Notes under the pieces: model-generated
Database searches by the model: none
What the model saw: the letters and a program-made list of their open reading frames with translations, nothing else
What the model was told of the DNA's origin: nothing
Shown: positions 63,900-64,000 of the stretch, one piece after another
Numbering within the stretch: the stretch's first letter is position 1
Layout: each line of letters starts with the position of its first letter
Made by a program: the position numbers and the translations under genes
Origin: Eledone cirrhosa
Taxonomy: Eukaryota
NCBI GenBank assembly: GCA_964016885.1
Contig: OZ024740.1
Location: 43,524,001 to 43,588,000 of the forward strand
Direction of reading: 5' to 3'
DNA length: 64,000 nucleotides

Positions 63900-64000
63900 A
63901 TGTCTATATTCTATGTCTATATTCACATATATATCGCTATTTCAGAGCATTTATTCCAATTTCTAATTTCTGCCGGACCGGCAACCGCTCTTTCAAACCA
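63900..64000 (+). mobile_element. Inverted (fold-back) arm of array 2, running off the window end
   Basis: Reverse complement of the immediately preceding sequence, with its apex in the native hairpin agaatatt-cgaa-aatattct. Confidence 0.9.

Overview
This is eukaryotic, AT-rich, microsatellite-laden intergenic or intronic DNA. No host protein-coding gene can be supported. The SINE family suggests an octopus or other cephalopod (inference). The window is mostly retroelements: many tRNA-derived SINE copies, a near full-length degraded L1/Tx1 LINE (15.3-21.1 kb), a near-intact Penelope-like element (25.6-30.2 kb) plus two truncated ones, and a head-to-tail cluster of four R4/Dong-type LINEs in (TTA)n tracts (41.7-58.5 kb). 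The most notable signal is a recurrent hammerhead-ribozyme (HHR) retro-system. (1) Two tandem arrays of a highly structured 310/308-bp non-coding monomer at 59.3-64 kb carry one minimal type I HHR per unit, making them candidate non-LTR retrozymes (circular RNAs). (2) A ~700-nt HHR element at 9.7-10.9 kb is circularly permuted. (3) The Penelope pLTRs contain HHRs. (4) Several (TA)n-flanked palindromes have their apex at HHR stem II or another native hairpin, suggesting that nascent cDNA self-primes by folding back. All structures were read by eye; no folding or database searches were run.
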